A stretch of 64,000 nt of DNA, from contig CAVYBU010000007.1 in assembly GCA_963766735.1 (NCBI GenBank), positions 224,001 to 288,000 on the forward strand. Direction: 5' to 3'. Under the pieces are notes generated by a model. The model was not told the origin of the DNA. It did not search any database and saw only the letters and a list, made by a program, of their open reading frames with translations. Within the stretch, counting starts at the first letter, position 1. Each line of letters begins with the position of its first letter. Both the position numbers and the translations under genes were made by a program. The DNA comes from an uncultured Chloroflexia bacterium (GTDB lineage: Bacteria; Chloroflexota; Limnocylindria; Limnocylindrales; CSP1-4). Shown here piece after piece: positions 18,568 to 28,145 of the stretch.

Positions 18568-19352
18568 GAAGCCAGCCCGCGGGCCGCCGCGGTCAGGCCG
18601 GCCCGGGCCACGATCCCCGCCATCTCGTCCGGCTTGAGCGAGGCACCACCGATCAGCGCCCCATCCACGGCCGGCTCGGCGAGGAACTCGGCCGCGTTCG
18701 CCGAGGTGACGCTGCCGCCGTACAGGACGGGCGTGGCCTCGGCGCCGGCGTCCCAGCCCAGGCCGCGGAGACTCGCGCGGATGGCGTCCGCCATCGCAGC
18801 GGCATCAGCACCACGGGCGTTCTTGCCGGTCCCGATCGCCCACACGGGCTCATAGGCGATCACGATCCCCGCGGCGACAAGAACGTTCGCTTCGCGGCCC
18901 TGCAGGGCACCGCGCAGCTGGCTGTCGACCACGTCGGTCTCGCGGCCCGCCTCGCGGTCAGCCAGGACCTCGCCGACGCACAGGATCGGCCGCAGACCAC
19001 CCGCGATCGCGCGATCCAGCTTCTTCCCGATCAGCTCATCCGTCTCGGCGAAGTAGGCACGGCGTTCCGAGTGCCCCAGGATGACCCACGTCGCGAGCCC
19101 GGCCAGCATGGGCACGGAGATCTCACCGGTGTAGGCCCCGCCGAGCTCGTGGTGGACGTTCTGCGCCCCGACGCCCACATCCTCGCCCGCCAGCGCGTCA
19201 CGGACGACTGCGAGGCTCACGGACGGCGGGCAGATCACCCTCGTCACGCCGGCCTCCCGGGTGCGGGACGCGATGGTCCGCGCAAGGTCGCCGGCATCGG
19301 CGGGGGTGGTGTTCATCTTCCAGTTGGCGGCAATCACGATCGGTCGATTCAT
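18564..19352 (-). CDS. tpiA: Triosephosphate isomerase
   Basis: Start at MNRPIVIAANWKMN; GHSERR, AYEPVWAIGTG and YGGSV. Confidence 0.97.
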   Translation of the reverse strand: MNRPIVIAANWKMNTTPADAGDLARTIASRTREAGVTRVICPPSVSLAVVRDALAGEDVGVGAQNVHHELGGAYTGEISVPMLAGLATWVILGHSERRAYFAETDELIGKKLDRAIAGGLRPILCVGEVLADREAGRETDVVDSQLRGALQGREANVLVAAGIVIAYEPVWAIGTGKNARGADAAAMADAIRASLRGLGWDAGAEATPVLYGGSVTSANAAEFLAEPAVDGALIGGASLKPDEMAGIVARAGLTAAARGLAS

Positions 19353-19359
19353 GCACGCA

Positions 19360-20289
19360 TCATGCCAGAGGCGGACGGATCCTCCGCCGGCCGCTCGGCC
19401 CCCGACCCGCAGCCGCCCGGCCCGCGGCGGGACGGCCGTACGACTCCCCGTATCCGGCACCTGATGGCCGGGTGCGGCCCCTGAGGCCGATCCCCTCGTC
19501 GTCGTGGAGCGCCAGCCGCTCGAGGCGGTCGAGGGCACGCTGCACCGAGGAACGGTGCAGGTCGAGCCGCACGGCGATCTCCGACAGCGACGCCTCCGGC
19601 GTCTCGCGCCGAGCCTCCGCCACTGCCCGCACGGTTCGCGGCTGCTCCCCGAGCCGCCCATCCGCCTCGAGGGCATCGATTGCGGCGAGCTGCCGGCCGG
19701 CCGCGGCGACGGAGCGCCGGAGGTTGGCGGAATCCGCGTTGATGACGCGGTTGAGCTCTCCGCGCAGCGTCCTTGCCACGCTCCGTGCCTCGAGCTCCAG
19801 GAGAGATGCGCTGGCTCCGATCCGCCCGAGGAACGCGGTAATCGACTCCGCGCTCTTCCAGGTCACCACCCCGTGTCCGCGCCGGACGCGGCGGGACGCC
19901 GGGAGTCCGACCACGGCGAGCCGGGCCGCGAGGATCGGTGCCTCCTCCACGGGAACCACGAACTCAAGGTGCGCGCGGCCGGCCGCGAGGCTCAGGGATC
20001 CGCGGGCCAGGAACCGCCCGCGGAGCCACGCCCAGCGGCAATGGTCCGCGGAGCTGAACCATTCGAACTCGGTCTCGGGCATCAGGAACATGTGCCTGCC
20101 GCCCCCGGCGTGACCATCGACGGCGCGGCCACCGAGACGGACGGCGAGACGTGCGATCGAGGCCTCCCGTGAGGCCAGCAGCGGCCCGAGGCCATCGATC
20201 TCGGCGCGGCGGTCGCACGGACGGGAGGGGTCGACGGCGGCCAGCTCTGCTCGGAGCGCGGCGACGAGGTCCCGGTCTGTCCCCGACAT
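19360..20289 (-). CDS. whiA: DNA-binding protein WhiA
   Basis: LRGRFLARGS, LNRVINADSANLRRS and PEASLSEIA helix-turn-helix; rapZ-yvcK-whiA synteny. Confidence 0.9.
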   Translation of the reverse strand: MSGTDRDLVAALRAELAAVDPSRPCDRRAEIDGLGPLLASREASIARLAVRLGGRAVDGHAGGGRHMFLMPETEFEWFSSADHCRWAWLRGRFLARGSLSLAAGRAHLEFVVPVEEAPILAARLAVVGLPASRRVRRGHGVVTWKSAESITAFLGRIGASASLLELEARSVARTLRGELNRVINADSANLRRSVAAAGRQLAAIDALEADGRLGEQPRTVRAVAEARRETPEASLSEIAVRLDLHRSSVQRALDRLERLALHDDEGIGLRGRTRPSGAGYGESYGRPAAGRAAAGRGPSGRRRIRPPLA

Positions 20290-20299
20290 CCCGCTCCGC

Positions 20300-21685
20300 T
20301 CAGGCCGTGCGCACGAGGCGCGACGCGCTCGGGCGGCGGCGATGGCCACCCTCGCGCTCCCAGGCGGTCATGATCGCCGCCGCCAGGCGGTCCGGGGCGT
20401 GGTGGTGGGCGTTGGCAGGGTTCACGAGGTCGTCGAGGACCAGCCGTGGCACGGGCGTCGCGACCGGTGGCCACCGCAGCCGGACGGGCTCCCCTACCCA
20501 TCCTTCGGGCGCCACCGCGTCGAAGCGATTGTTCGCCAGCACGAGGTCCGGCAGATGCCCGGCGCCGTGACGCGCGAGGGCGTCCAGGTGGTCGGCCAGG
20601 TCGAAGCCGCCCGTCTCGCCGGGCTGCGTGGCGACGTTGCTCACGAACACGACCAGGGCTCCCGACCCGGCGATGGCCTCCCTGATACCGGTCACCAGGA
20701 GCGCCGGGAGCAGGCTCGTGAACAGGCTGCCGGGCCCGATGACGATGACCTCCGCCTCCGCGATGGCGCGCAACGCATCGTCGGTGGGGCGCACGCCCGC
20801 AGGTTCCACCCAGACCCGGTCGACGCGATTCGTCCGTGCGATCCTGCTCTGGCCGTCCACGGTCGTGCCGTCGTCGAGGCGAGCGTGCAGCGTGATCACG
20901 GTTCCCGTCGCCGGGACGACACGACCCCGGACGGCGAGCACCCGGTTCATCTCCCGGACGCCCTCCTCGAAGTCGCCGTCATGGATCTGCACGAGCGCCG
21001 CCAGGAGCAGGTTGCCCACGGCGTGCCCGCCCAGCCCGGCGACAGGTGCCACAGGCCCGTCCTCCGCCCGATCCGTCCCCTCCCCGCGGGCGCGACTGGC
21101 GGGGCCGTCCCCCGGGAACCGGTACTGGAGCAGCTGTCCCATCAGGGGCTCCGCGTCCGCAAGCGCCACGACGCAGTTGCGGATGTCGCCGACGGCCGGG
21201 ATACCCAACTCGGTCCGCAGCACACCGGACGAGCCGCCGTCGTCCGCGACCGTGACCACTGCGGTCAGGTTGGAGGTGTGCTCCTTGAGACCGCGGAGCA
21301 GCGCGGACAGGCCGGTGCCGCCACCGATCGCCACGATCCGCGGGCCGCGGGCGAGGAACCTCTTCTGGTAGATGACCTCCACCATCGGCTGGTCCCGGTC
21401 CCACAGGGCGAATGGATCGACCAGGGCCCGGACGAGCCGGTAGGCGCCGACGAGGAACAGGGCCAGGCCAACGGTGGCGGCGATGGCTCCGCGCACCTGG
21501 TACGGCAGGAACTGGAGCGTCAGCAGATCGAGGATGGCGCCGGCCGCCCCATCGGGTCGGCTCACCGCGGTGATCTGGCGCAGCACGTGCGCGACGCCGA
21601 GGGCCAGCACGAGCAAGCCGGCGAACGAGACGAGGAGCCACCGCTTGACGCCGATGCCGACGGTCAGCCAGCGGCGCAGGTTCAC
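20300..21685 (-). CDS. yvcK: YvcK/GlmR (UPF0052) family protein with N-terminal TM helices
   Basis: IGGGTGL, VADDGGSSG, GDIRNC and GPGSLFTS. Confidence 0.93.
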   Translation of the reverse strand: MNLRRWLTVGIGVKRWLLVSFAGLLVLALGVAHVLRQITAVSRPDGAAGAILDLLTLQFLPYQVRGAIAATVGLALFLVGAYRLVRALVDPFALWDRDQPMVEVIYQKRFLARGPRIVAIGGGTGLSALLRGLKEHTSNLTAVVTVADDGGSSGVLRTELGIPAVGDIRNCVVALADAEPLMGQLLQYRFPGDGPASRARGEGTDRAEDGPVAPVAGLGGHAVGNLLLAALVQIHDGDFEEGVREMNRVLAVRGRVVPATGTVITLHARLDDGTTVDGQSRIARTNRVDRVWVEPAGVRPTDDALRAIAEAEVIVIGPGSLFTSLLPALLVTGIREAIAGSGALVVFVSNVATQPGETGGFDLADHLDALARHGAGHLPDLVLANNRFDAVAPEGWVGEPVRLRWPPVATPVPRLVLDDLVNPANAHHHAPDRLAAAIMTAWEREGGHRRRPSASRLVRTA

Positions 21686-22620
21686 CGCTCGAGCTCTCGG
21701 TGAAAGACCGAGACGGGACCGAAGTCCCGCTCCCGCAACCAGGCCGCCATCTCCTCGGCCATCACGACCGAGCGATGGAAACCGCCGGTGCAGCCGATCG
21801 CGATGGTGAGGCGGGTCTTTCCTTCGTCGGCATAGGCTGGCACGAGCAGCTCGAGCAGGTCCCGGAGGCGCTCGAGGAATGCCGCCGCGATCGGCTGGCC
21901 GAGCACGTACTCGCGGACGGCGTCGGTCAGGCCATTCTGGTGGCGGAGGTGCTCGATGTAGTGGGGGTTCGTCATGAAGCGGACATCCAGCACGATATCG
22001 GCCTCCAGCGGGACGCCGTACTTGAATCCGAAGGCGATCAGCTGGATCGACAGCCGGCCCGAGCCCTGGACATCGCCCAGGCGCGCAAAGATCAGCTCAC
22101 GCAGCTCGCGCAGCGACAGGTCGCTGGTGTCCAGCACAACGTCCGCCTCGGCACGGACCGATTCGAGGAGCGCGCGCTCCATCTCGATGGAGGCTGCAAT
22201 TCCCCGCTCATCGGCCAGCGGGTGTCGGTGCCGGGTCTCCGAGAAGCGGCGGATGAGGACGTCGTCGCGCGCCTCGAGGAAGATGATGACCGGGCGGAGC
22301 CCGCGGCCCTCGAGCGCTCCGCGCATGGCGCCGAAGGCGAGGGGAACGTCCCCGGCGCGCACGTCGAGCACGATCGCGGTCCGCCGGAACCTATCCGGAT
22401 CCGTGGCGACGAGGTCCGCGAGCTCCCCGAGCAGCTCGCCGGGGAGGTTGTCGACGACGACGTAGCCGAGATCCTCGAACAGCTTGGCTGCCGCCGTCTT
22501 GCCTCCCCCAGACAGCCCGGTGACGACCACGACCTCCTGGGCGGTCACTTCCGGGACCGCCAGCCCGTCGGCACCGGGGACATGGTCGGGGATGCCGGGA
22601 GGATGAGGATCGCTCGTCAT
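21682..22620 (-). CDS. rapZ: RNase adapter RapZ (YvcJ) P-loop protein
   Basis: TGLSGGGKT, VDNLP, FSETRHRHP, FGFKYG and GCTGGFHRSV. Confidence 0.95.
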   Translation of the reverse strand: MTSDPHPPGIPDHVPGADGLAVPEVTAQEVVVVTGLSGGGKTAAAKLFEDLGYVVVDNLPGELLGELADLVATDPDRFRRTAIVLDVRAGDVPLAFGAMRGALEGRGLRPVIIFLEARDDVLIRRFSETRHRHPLADERGIAASIEMERALLESVRAEADVVLDTSDLSLRELRELIFARLGDVQGSGRLSIQLIAFGFKYGVPLEADIVLDVRFMTNPHYIEHLRHQNGLTDAVREYVLGQPIAAAFLERLRDLLELLVPAYADEGKTRLTIAIGCTGGFHRSVVMAEEMAAWLRERDFGPVSVFHRELER

Positions 22621-22636
22621 ATCGCGACCTCCGCCG

Positions 22637-23437
22637 CTACTTGCCGCTGCGCCGGATGAAGAAGATGGTGCCCTCGAACAGCGCGTACATCGTGATCCCA
22701 AGAGCGGCCGGGCTCACCAGGTCACCCCCCGGCGTGATCGCGGTGGCGAAGATCGCGATCCCCAGGATGGCCATCCGGCGCACGCCGACGAGACGCTGCG
22801 ACGTCACGATTCCCACTCGCGACAGGCCGAACAGGAGAATCGGGAACTCCATCACCAGGCCGAACGCGAGGAACATCGTGGTCACGAAGTCGAAATAGGC
22901 ACCGGCCGTGATGAGCGGCTTCAGGTCCGGCGTCTCGAAGCCGATCAGGAACGAGGCCGCGTACGGGAGGATCATGTACGCGAGCACAGTTCCCAGGGCG
23001 AAGAAGACCAGGGCCAGCGGGAGCCAGGGTCGGACGATCCGTCTCTCGTCGGGCGTGAGCCCCGGCGCGATGAACCCCCAGACCTGCCACAGGATGACCG
23101 GCATCGCGAGGATGATGCCCACCACGATGGCGATCTTGAGGTTGATGACGAACGCGTCACCGAGCCCGGTGAAATAGAGCGGCTCGTCGCCGGGGATGGG
23201 CGCCTTGAGGAACGCGACGATCTCGCCGCTGAAGATGAAGCCGATCACCGCCGCAACCGCGACGGCGACGATCACCTTGATCAGCCTGTTCCGGAGCTCC
23301 CCGAGATGGTCAACCAGCGACATCTCCGCGGCCGCGACGGCAGGAGGCGGCTCGGGCGCGGCGGCTGAAGGCGGTTCGGGCGCGGTCGTCAGGAGCGCAG
23401 GGACGCCGGCGTCCGGGACGGCATCGGCGTCGGCCAT
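22637..23437 (-). CDS. tatC: Twin-arginine translocase TatC
   Basis: [20 protein letters not shown] and FGLVMEFP. Confidence 0.95.
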   Translation of the reverse strand: MADADAVPDAGVPALLTTAPEPPSAAAPEPPPAVAAAEMSLVDHLGELRNRLIKVIVAVAVAAVIGFIFSGEIVAFLKAPIPGDEPLYFTGLGDAFVINLKIAIVVGIILAMPVILWQVWGFIAPGLTPDERRIVRPWLPLALVFFALGTVLAYMILPYAASFLIGFETPDLKPLITAGAYFDFVTTMFLAFGLVMEFPILLFGLSRVGIVTSQRLVGVRRMAILGIAIFATAITPGGDLVSPAALGITMYALFEGTIFFIRRSGK

Positions 23438-23464
23438 CGCTTGCGGGCTCGAACTGGGCCGGGG

Positions 23465-23933
23465 TCAGGCGGACGGCGTCGGCTGCTCGTCGGCGACGGT
23501 GGGTTCGGCAATCCCACTCTCGGCGGCCACGGTGGCGGGGTCGGCGACGGCTTCCGTCATCGGAGCAGGGGCGACGGGTTCTGCGGCGGCAACGGGTTCT
23601 GCGGCGGCAACGGAGCGGGACTGCGGCCGCAACGGGAGCGGGAGCTGCGGCGGCAACGGGTTCTGCGCCGGCAACGGGAGCGGGAGCTGCGGCGGCAACG
23701 GGAGCTGCGGCGGCAACGGGAGCTGCGGCGGCAACGGGAGCTGCGGCGGGAGCCGGGGCCGCCTCGGGAGCCTCGAGGCTGGTGATCTCCTTGACGTCGG
23801 TCGAGGCCTTGCGGAACTCACGGATGCTCTTGCCGAGAGCGGAGCCGACGTCAGGGAGCTTGCCCGGGCCGACGACGATCAGCGCAATGATAAGGACGAT
23901 GATCAGCTCACCGGGTCCGATTCCGAACGGCAT
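23465..23933 (-). CDS. tatA: Twin-arginine translocase TatA/TatB with an Ala/Pro-rich tail (apparent frameshift at about 23610-23622)
   Basis: [42 protein letters not shown]; the PVAAAA repeat tail switches frame. Confidence 0.85.
23570..23750. repeat. Imperfect 18-24 bp coding repeat (GCGGCGGCAACGGGAGCT) in the tatA tail
   Basis: About 8 copies visible. Confidence 0.85.
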
Positions 23934-23988
23934 GACGTGGTTGAACCTCGTGGAAGGAGTGGGCCTCCTCAGGCCCTCTCGAAGGGCG

Positions 23989-24867
23989 TCAGGGTAGCAC
24001 AGCGAGCCGTCCGGCCCACTCGGCCGCAGCCATCGCGAGACGCTCGCCGGGGTCACCGGGAGCGCCGGCTGTGCCCGGTCCCAGGGCCTCCCGCGCGATC
24101 CCGCGCGATACGTTGACAAGGAGCGCGCCAGCCGCGGCGGACCCGGCCGGCCCCCCGCGCGCCGGGCCGTCGGCCATGATCGGCGTGATCTCGCCACCCT
24201 GGGCGCCGACGCCGGGAACCAGGAACGCAAGGGACGGAACGACGGCGCGGATTGCCGCCAGCTCGGCTGGCGCCGTCGCCCCCACCACCAGCCCGACGGT
24301 CCCGCCGGGACCCCACGCGACGGCACGGCGGGCGACCCTGGCCCAGAGGGGCTCGGAGGGATAGCCGGCCCGCTCGTCCGCGGTGACCACCAGGCCCTGC
24401 AGCTCGGCCGCCCCCGGGTTCGAGGTGTGGCACAGGACGTACGCGAACCGGTCCGGGCGCCCCAGGAGCGGCGCGATCGCCTCCTCTCCGAGATACGGGC
24501 TGACGGTGACCGCATCTGCCCCGAGGACGTCGAACAGGGCTGTTGCCTGGCGTGCGGCGGTCGAACCGATGTCGCCACGCTTGGAATCCGCGATGAACGG
24601 GACGTCGGGTGGGACCAGGACGCGGAGGCGCTCCAGGGCCGCGATCCCGGCCGATCCGTGGGCTTCAAAGAACGCGAGGTTCGGCTTGATGGCTGCCGCG
24701 TACGGGAGCGATGCCTCCACGATGAGCCTGGCGAACCGCTCGACGCCCGCAAGCGTCGACGGGAACCCATGCGGCAGGGCGGCGGGATCCGGGTCCACGC
24801 CAACGCACAGGACGGTCCCGGTGGTCGCGATCCTCGCGCCGAGCCGCCCGAGGTACGCGTCGATCAT
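23989..24867 (-). CDS. pyrF: Orotidine-5'-phosphate decarboxylase
   Basis: [38 protein letters not shown] and NVSRGI. Confidence 0.95.
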   Translation of the reverse strand: MIDAYLGRLGARIATTGTVLCVGVDPDPAALPHGFPSTLAGVERFARLIVEASLPYAAAIKPNLAFFEAHGSAGIAALERLRVLVPPDVPFIADSKRGDIGSTAARQATALFDVLGADAVTVSPYLGEEAIAPLLGRPDRFAYVLCHTSNPGAAELQGLVVTADERAGYPSEPLWARVARRAVAWGPGGTVGLVVGATAPAELAAIRAVVPSLAFLVPGVGAQGGEITPIMADGPARGGPAGSAAAGALLVNVSRGIAREALGPGTAGAPGDPGERLAMAAAEWAGRLAVLP

Positions 24868-26111
24868 GACCCTGCGGGAGAGGCTGTCGGAGCGGCGGGC
24901 GGAGGGGTCGGCGCGGGCAGCTGTTCGGCCGGGACGAACCAGCCCGGCCGGGAGACGCCGTCAAGCCCGGCATTGGAGGTCAGGTCGACGGTCTCCTTGA
25001 CCGTCCACGCCGGACCCGTGCCATCCAGTTGGGCCATCCGGAGGTCCACCACCTGCCCCGAGACGTGGAGAAACGCGACCTGGTCGCCTCTCGGAGACCA
25101 GGCAGGCGCCCAGCTGGCGCCGTCATCGGTCAGGCGGAGGAGCTCCGCCCCGGTCTTCGCGTCGAGGATGGCCACGTCCGTCCCGAACGCGGTGGTTCGG
25201 GTCACGGCGATGTACCTGCCGTCCGACGACCAGGAGGGGTGCAGGTACCCCGGGCCGGTGATCGGGGCCGCCTTCTTCGTATCCACGTTGTAGGAGTAGA
25301 TCCGCGGGACCCCCTTGGCGCCATCGCGCTCGCTTCGGACGTAGGCGAGCCGCAGGCCATCCGGCCGCCAGGCGGGGTCCTGGTGGCCGAGCGGGGCCAC
25401 TTGGCTGAGGCCGAGGTCCTTGATCTTCTCCGTCTTCAAGTCGTAGGTCTTCATGACGACGTCGCTGCGGGTCGGATCGGGCAGATCGGATGCCATTGCG
25501 ATCGTGCGGCCGTCCGGCGACAGCACCGGCTCCCGGATGAAGCCCATCCATTTCCGCTTGCCGGGGGGGTCCACGACGCCATCCAGGATCCGCGTCGCCT
25601 CGCCGCCGGTGGCGGGGATACGCATGATGCTGGGCACGTCCATCCGGTATGGCTTCGACACGCCGTTCACGGTCCACAAGCCGGCCATCTCCCGCGTCCG
25701 GACGAAGTACACGGCGGAGCCGTCCGGCGCGAACGAGGGCATCGAGTCCTTGCCGCCCGTGGTGAGCTGGGTTGCCTTCCCTCGCGCCTGGGTCCAGATG
25801 TTGCCATCCTTGGCGTACAGGAGCGTTCCCGGCACCTCGAGCCCCGGCTTCTCCGTCGGCACGACCACGATCTCGGGTGGCGTCGCCGTCTGGCCGGCCG
25901 TCCCCGGGTCGCCCGACCCGCCGGGGCCCTGCCCCCCGGAACCGCCGGAGAGGAACGGCAGGTTTCCGCTCATCAGCGAGAGCGTCACGAACGCGATCAC
26001 GAGCACACCGACGACGGAAAGCGCGGCGGCCACGGGGAACCCGGATCCGGAGGGCCGGCGCGGATCCCTGGTCGCCGGCGGTCGCGCAGTCGGGCGTGAC
26101 GAACGGGTCAA
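24864..26111 (-). CDS. Membrane-anchored TolB-like (PD40) beta-propeller protein
   Basis: Probable TTG start overlapping the recJ stop; one TM; repeats PSFAPDG, PVLSPDG, PAWRPDG, PSWSSDG and PAWSPRG. Confidence 0.8.
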   Translation of the reverse strand: MTRSSRPTARPPATRDPRRPSGSGFPVAAALSVVGVLVIAFVTLSLMSGNLPFLSGGSGGQGPGGSGDPGTAGQTATPPEIVVVPTEKPGLEVPGTLLYAKDGNIWTQARGKATQLTTGGKDSMPSFAPDGSAVYFVRTREMAGLWTVNGVSKPYRMDVPSIMRIPATGGEATRILDGVVDPPGKRKWMGFIREPVLSPDGRTIAMASDLPDPTRSDVVMKTYDLKTEKIKDLGLSQVAPLGHQDPAWRPDGLRLAYVRSERDGAKGVPRIYSYNVDTKKAAPITGPGYLHPSWSSDGRYIAVTRTTAFGTDVAILDAKTGAELLRLTDDGASWAPAWSPRGDQVAFLHVSGQVVDLRMAQLDGTGPAWTVKETVDLTSNAGLDGVSRPGWFVPAEQLPAPTPPPAAPTASPAGS

Positions 26112-28024
26112 GCGACACCTCCCGGGACGGGGGTGGCGAGGACGGATCCAACGGCCTTGGCCCCGGGTCCTCCCGCGGCGCGTGCCAGAACCGCGGCGGC
26201 GCGCGGATGCGACCCCGAGGGCGCGACGTCGCGGACCTCGAGCTGGAGGGTCTCGAGCCCGCCGAACGTCCGGCTTGCCAGGCGGGCGACGACATCGACC
26301 CGATCGCCTTCGGCGAGGCCAATCGCGAGGTCTGCCCGGCCGAACGCGATGCCGTCGAGGACGTCGCGCTCGCGGCGGAGCACCAGCTGGGTATGACCGC
26401 CGTTGGCGGCCCGAACGCGCTGCACGGTGAGACCGAGGACGGCGACGAGCGGCTCGGGGTTGCCGGTCCCGCACGGGCCCAGACGGGCGAGATCCCGGTA
26501 GAGGCCGTAGTCCACATAGGATGCGGGCAGGGCGAGGTCCACGGCGAGCGGCCGCCGGGCGTCCTCGGGCTGCGCGACCTCGGCGAGGGCCAGGAATCGG
26601 GCGACGAAGGCATCCCACCGATCCAGAGGAAGCTCGAACCCGGCGGCAGCGGCGTGGCCGCCGTGGCGGATGAACAGGTCGTCGCAGGCGTCGAGGGCAT
26701 CCGCGAGGTTCAGGCGCCCGTCGCCCCGGCACGAGCCGCGCACGACATCGCCGATCCGGGTTCCGATGACCGCGGGACGGCCCGTCTCGTCGGCCAGCCG
26801 GCCGGCGACCAGGCCGATGATCCCCACCGGCCAGGGACCATGGACGATCAAGGCGGGAGAGGCGGCGCCACCCCCGACCACGATCTCTGGCTCAAGCGGC
26901 GCCTGAGCGTCCGGCAGCGCCTGGGCATCCGGCAGCGGCTGGGCATCCGGCAACGGCTGCTGCCCCGGCGCCCGGCCGGGGTCCGGCAGGCCGATCGCGG
27001 ACCGTGCCTCGACGATCGCGCTGCGCATCAGGTCGCGTCGCGCCAGGTTGGCCGTCTCGAGGACCTCGGCGAGCGCGGCGGCCTCGTCCGGCGTCTCGGC
27101 CAGGAGCAGGCGGGCGGCATCCATGGCCTCCCCTACCCTGCCTGCCGCGTTGAGGCGGGGCGCCAGAACGAAACCCACGGTCTCGAGGTCCACCGCGGCC
27201 GGTGCGACCCTCGCCCGCGCCAGGAGCGCGGCGATCCCGGGGCGCGGTGCGGTCCGCATGCGCTCCAGGCCGAGGCGGGCGATCGCACGGTTCTCGCCCA
27301 GGATCGGCACCACGTCGGAGACCGTCCCGATGGTGGCGAGATCCGCCAGGTCGAGCGCGTCGGCCTCGGCGGCCAGCAGCTCGCGCAGGAGCAGGCGCGC
27401 GACGGTGAACGCGACGCCGCTCCCCGACAACCGCGGGTCCGGATACAGGGAGTCGGACCGATGGGGGTTGACCAGCGCCACGGCGGCCGGCAGGACGTCC
27501 GGCAGGTGGTGGTGGTCCGTGATCAGCACGTCGACGCCCCGCTCCACGGCAGCCGCGACCTCGGCGACGCTCGAGGAGCCGGTGTCGACCGTGACGATGA
27601 GGGTCACGCCCGCCTCCGACGCCGCGAACACGGCAGCCATCGACAGGCCGTGACCCTCGTCCAGCCGGGAGGGGACGTACGGGATCACGTCCAGGCCCAG
27701 GCGACGCAGCGCGAGCACCAGCTGGGCGAGCCCCGTCAGGCCATCCGCGTCGAAGTCCCCGAACACCATGACGTGTTCCGCTCGTACCCGGGCGAGCGCG
27801 ATGCGCTCGACCAGCCGGTCCGCGTCCGGGAGGAGTCCCGGATCGTGGAGGCCCGCCAGCGCCGGGCCGAGGAACCCCGCGAGACCGTCGATGTCGGTGA
27901 TTCCGCGCCGGGCCAGGACGGCCGCGGCGAAGGTCCCCAGACCGAGCTCCTGAGCAGCGGCGCGATACTCAGGGGCGAGGCGGACCGGCTCAGGGAAGAC
28001 CCATTGGTGGCGTGCTTCGATCAC
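26108..28024 (-). CDS. recJ: Single-stranded-DNA exonuclease RecJ
   Basis: GDFDADG, TVDTG, TDHH, PRLNAAGR and GGHAAAAG. Start placed at GTG 28024; the ORF track uses 28036. Confidence 0.93.
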   Translation of the reverse strand: MIEARHQWVFPEPVRLAPEYRAAAQELGLGTFAAAVLARRGITDIDGLAGFLGPALAGLHDPGLLPDADRLVERIALARVRAEHVMVFGDFDADGLTGLAQLVLALRRLGLDVIPYVPSRLDEGHGLSMAAVFAASEAGVTLIVTVDTGSSSVAEVAAAVERGVDVLITDHHHLPDVLPAAVALVNPHRSDSLYPDPRLSGSGVAFTVARLLLRELLAAEADALDLADLATIGTVSDVVPILGENRAIARLGLERMRTAPRPGIAALLARARVAPAAVDLETVGFVLAPRLNAAGRVGEAMDAARLLLAETPDEAAALAEVLETANLARRDLMRSAIVEARSAIGLPDPGRAPGQQPLPDAQPLPDAQALPDAQAPLEPEIVVGGGAASPALIVHGPWPVGIIGLVAGRLADETGRPAVIGTRIGDVVRGSCRGDGRLNLADALDACDDLFIRHGGHAAAAGFELPLDRWDAFVARFLALAEVAQPEDARRPLAVDLALPASYVDYGLYRDLARLGPCGTGNPEPLVAVLGLTVQRVRAANGGHTQLVLRRERDVLDGIAFGRADLAIGLAEGDRVDVVARLASRTFGGLETLQLEVRDVAPSGSHPRAAAVLARAAGGPGAKAVGSVLATPVPGGVA

Positions 28025-28145
28025 GGTGCGGAGCATGCCACGTCCGGCTCATCCCGGACTTCTTGCGTCGGATAGCGGCGCGGCGAGCTCATCGCGGGAG
28101 CGGTCTGCGGGCGAACCGGGCTCCAGCGGGAGCCGGGCCCCGGGT

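Noticed and set aside
23600-23630. Programmed ribosomal frameshift in tatA
   Set aside because: No slippery heptamer; the lesions are single-base losses within a GC-rich repeat, typical of sequencing error.
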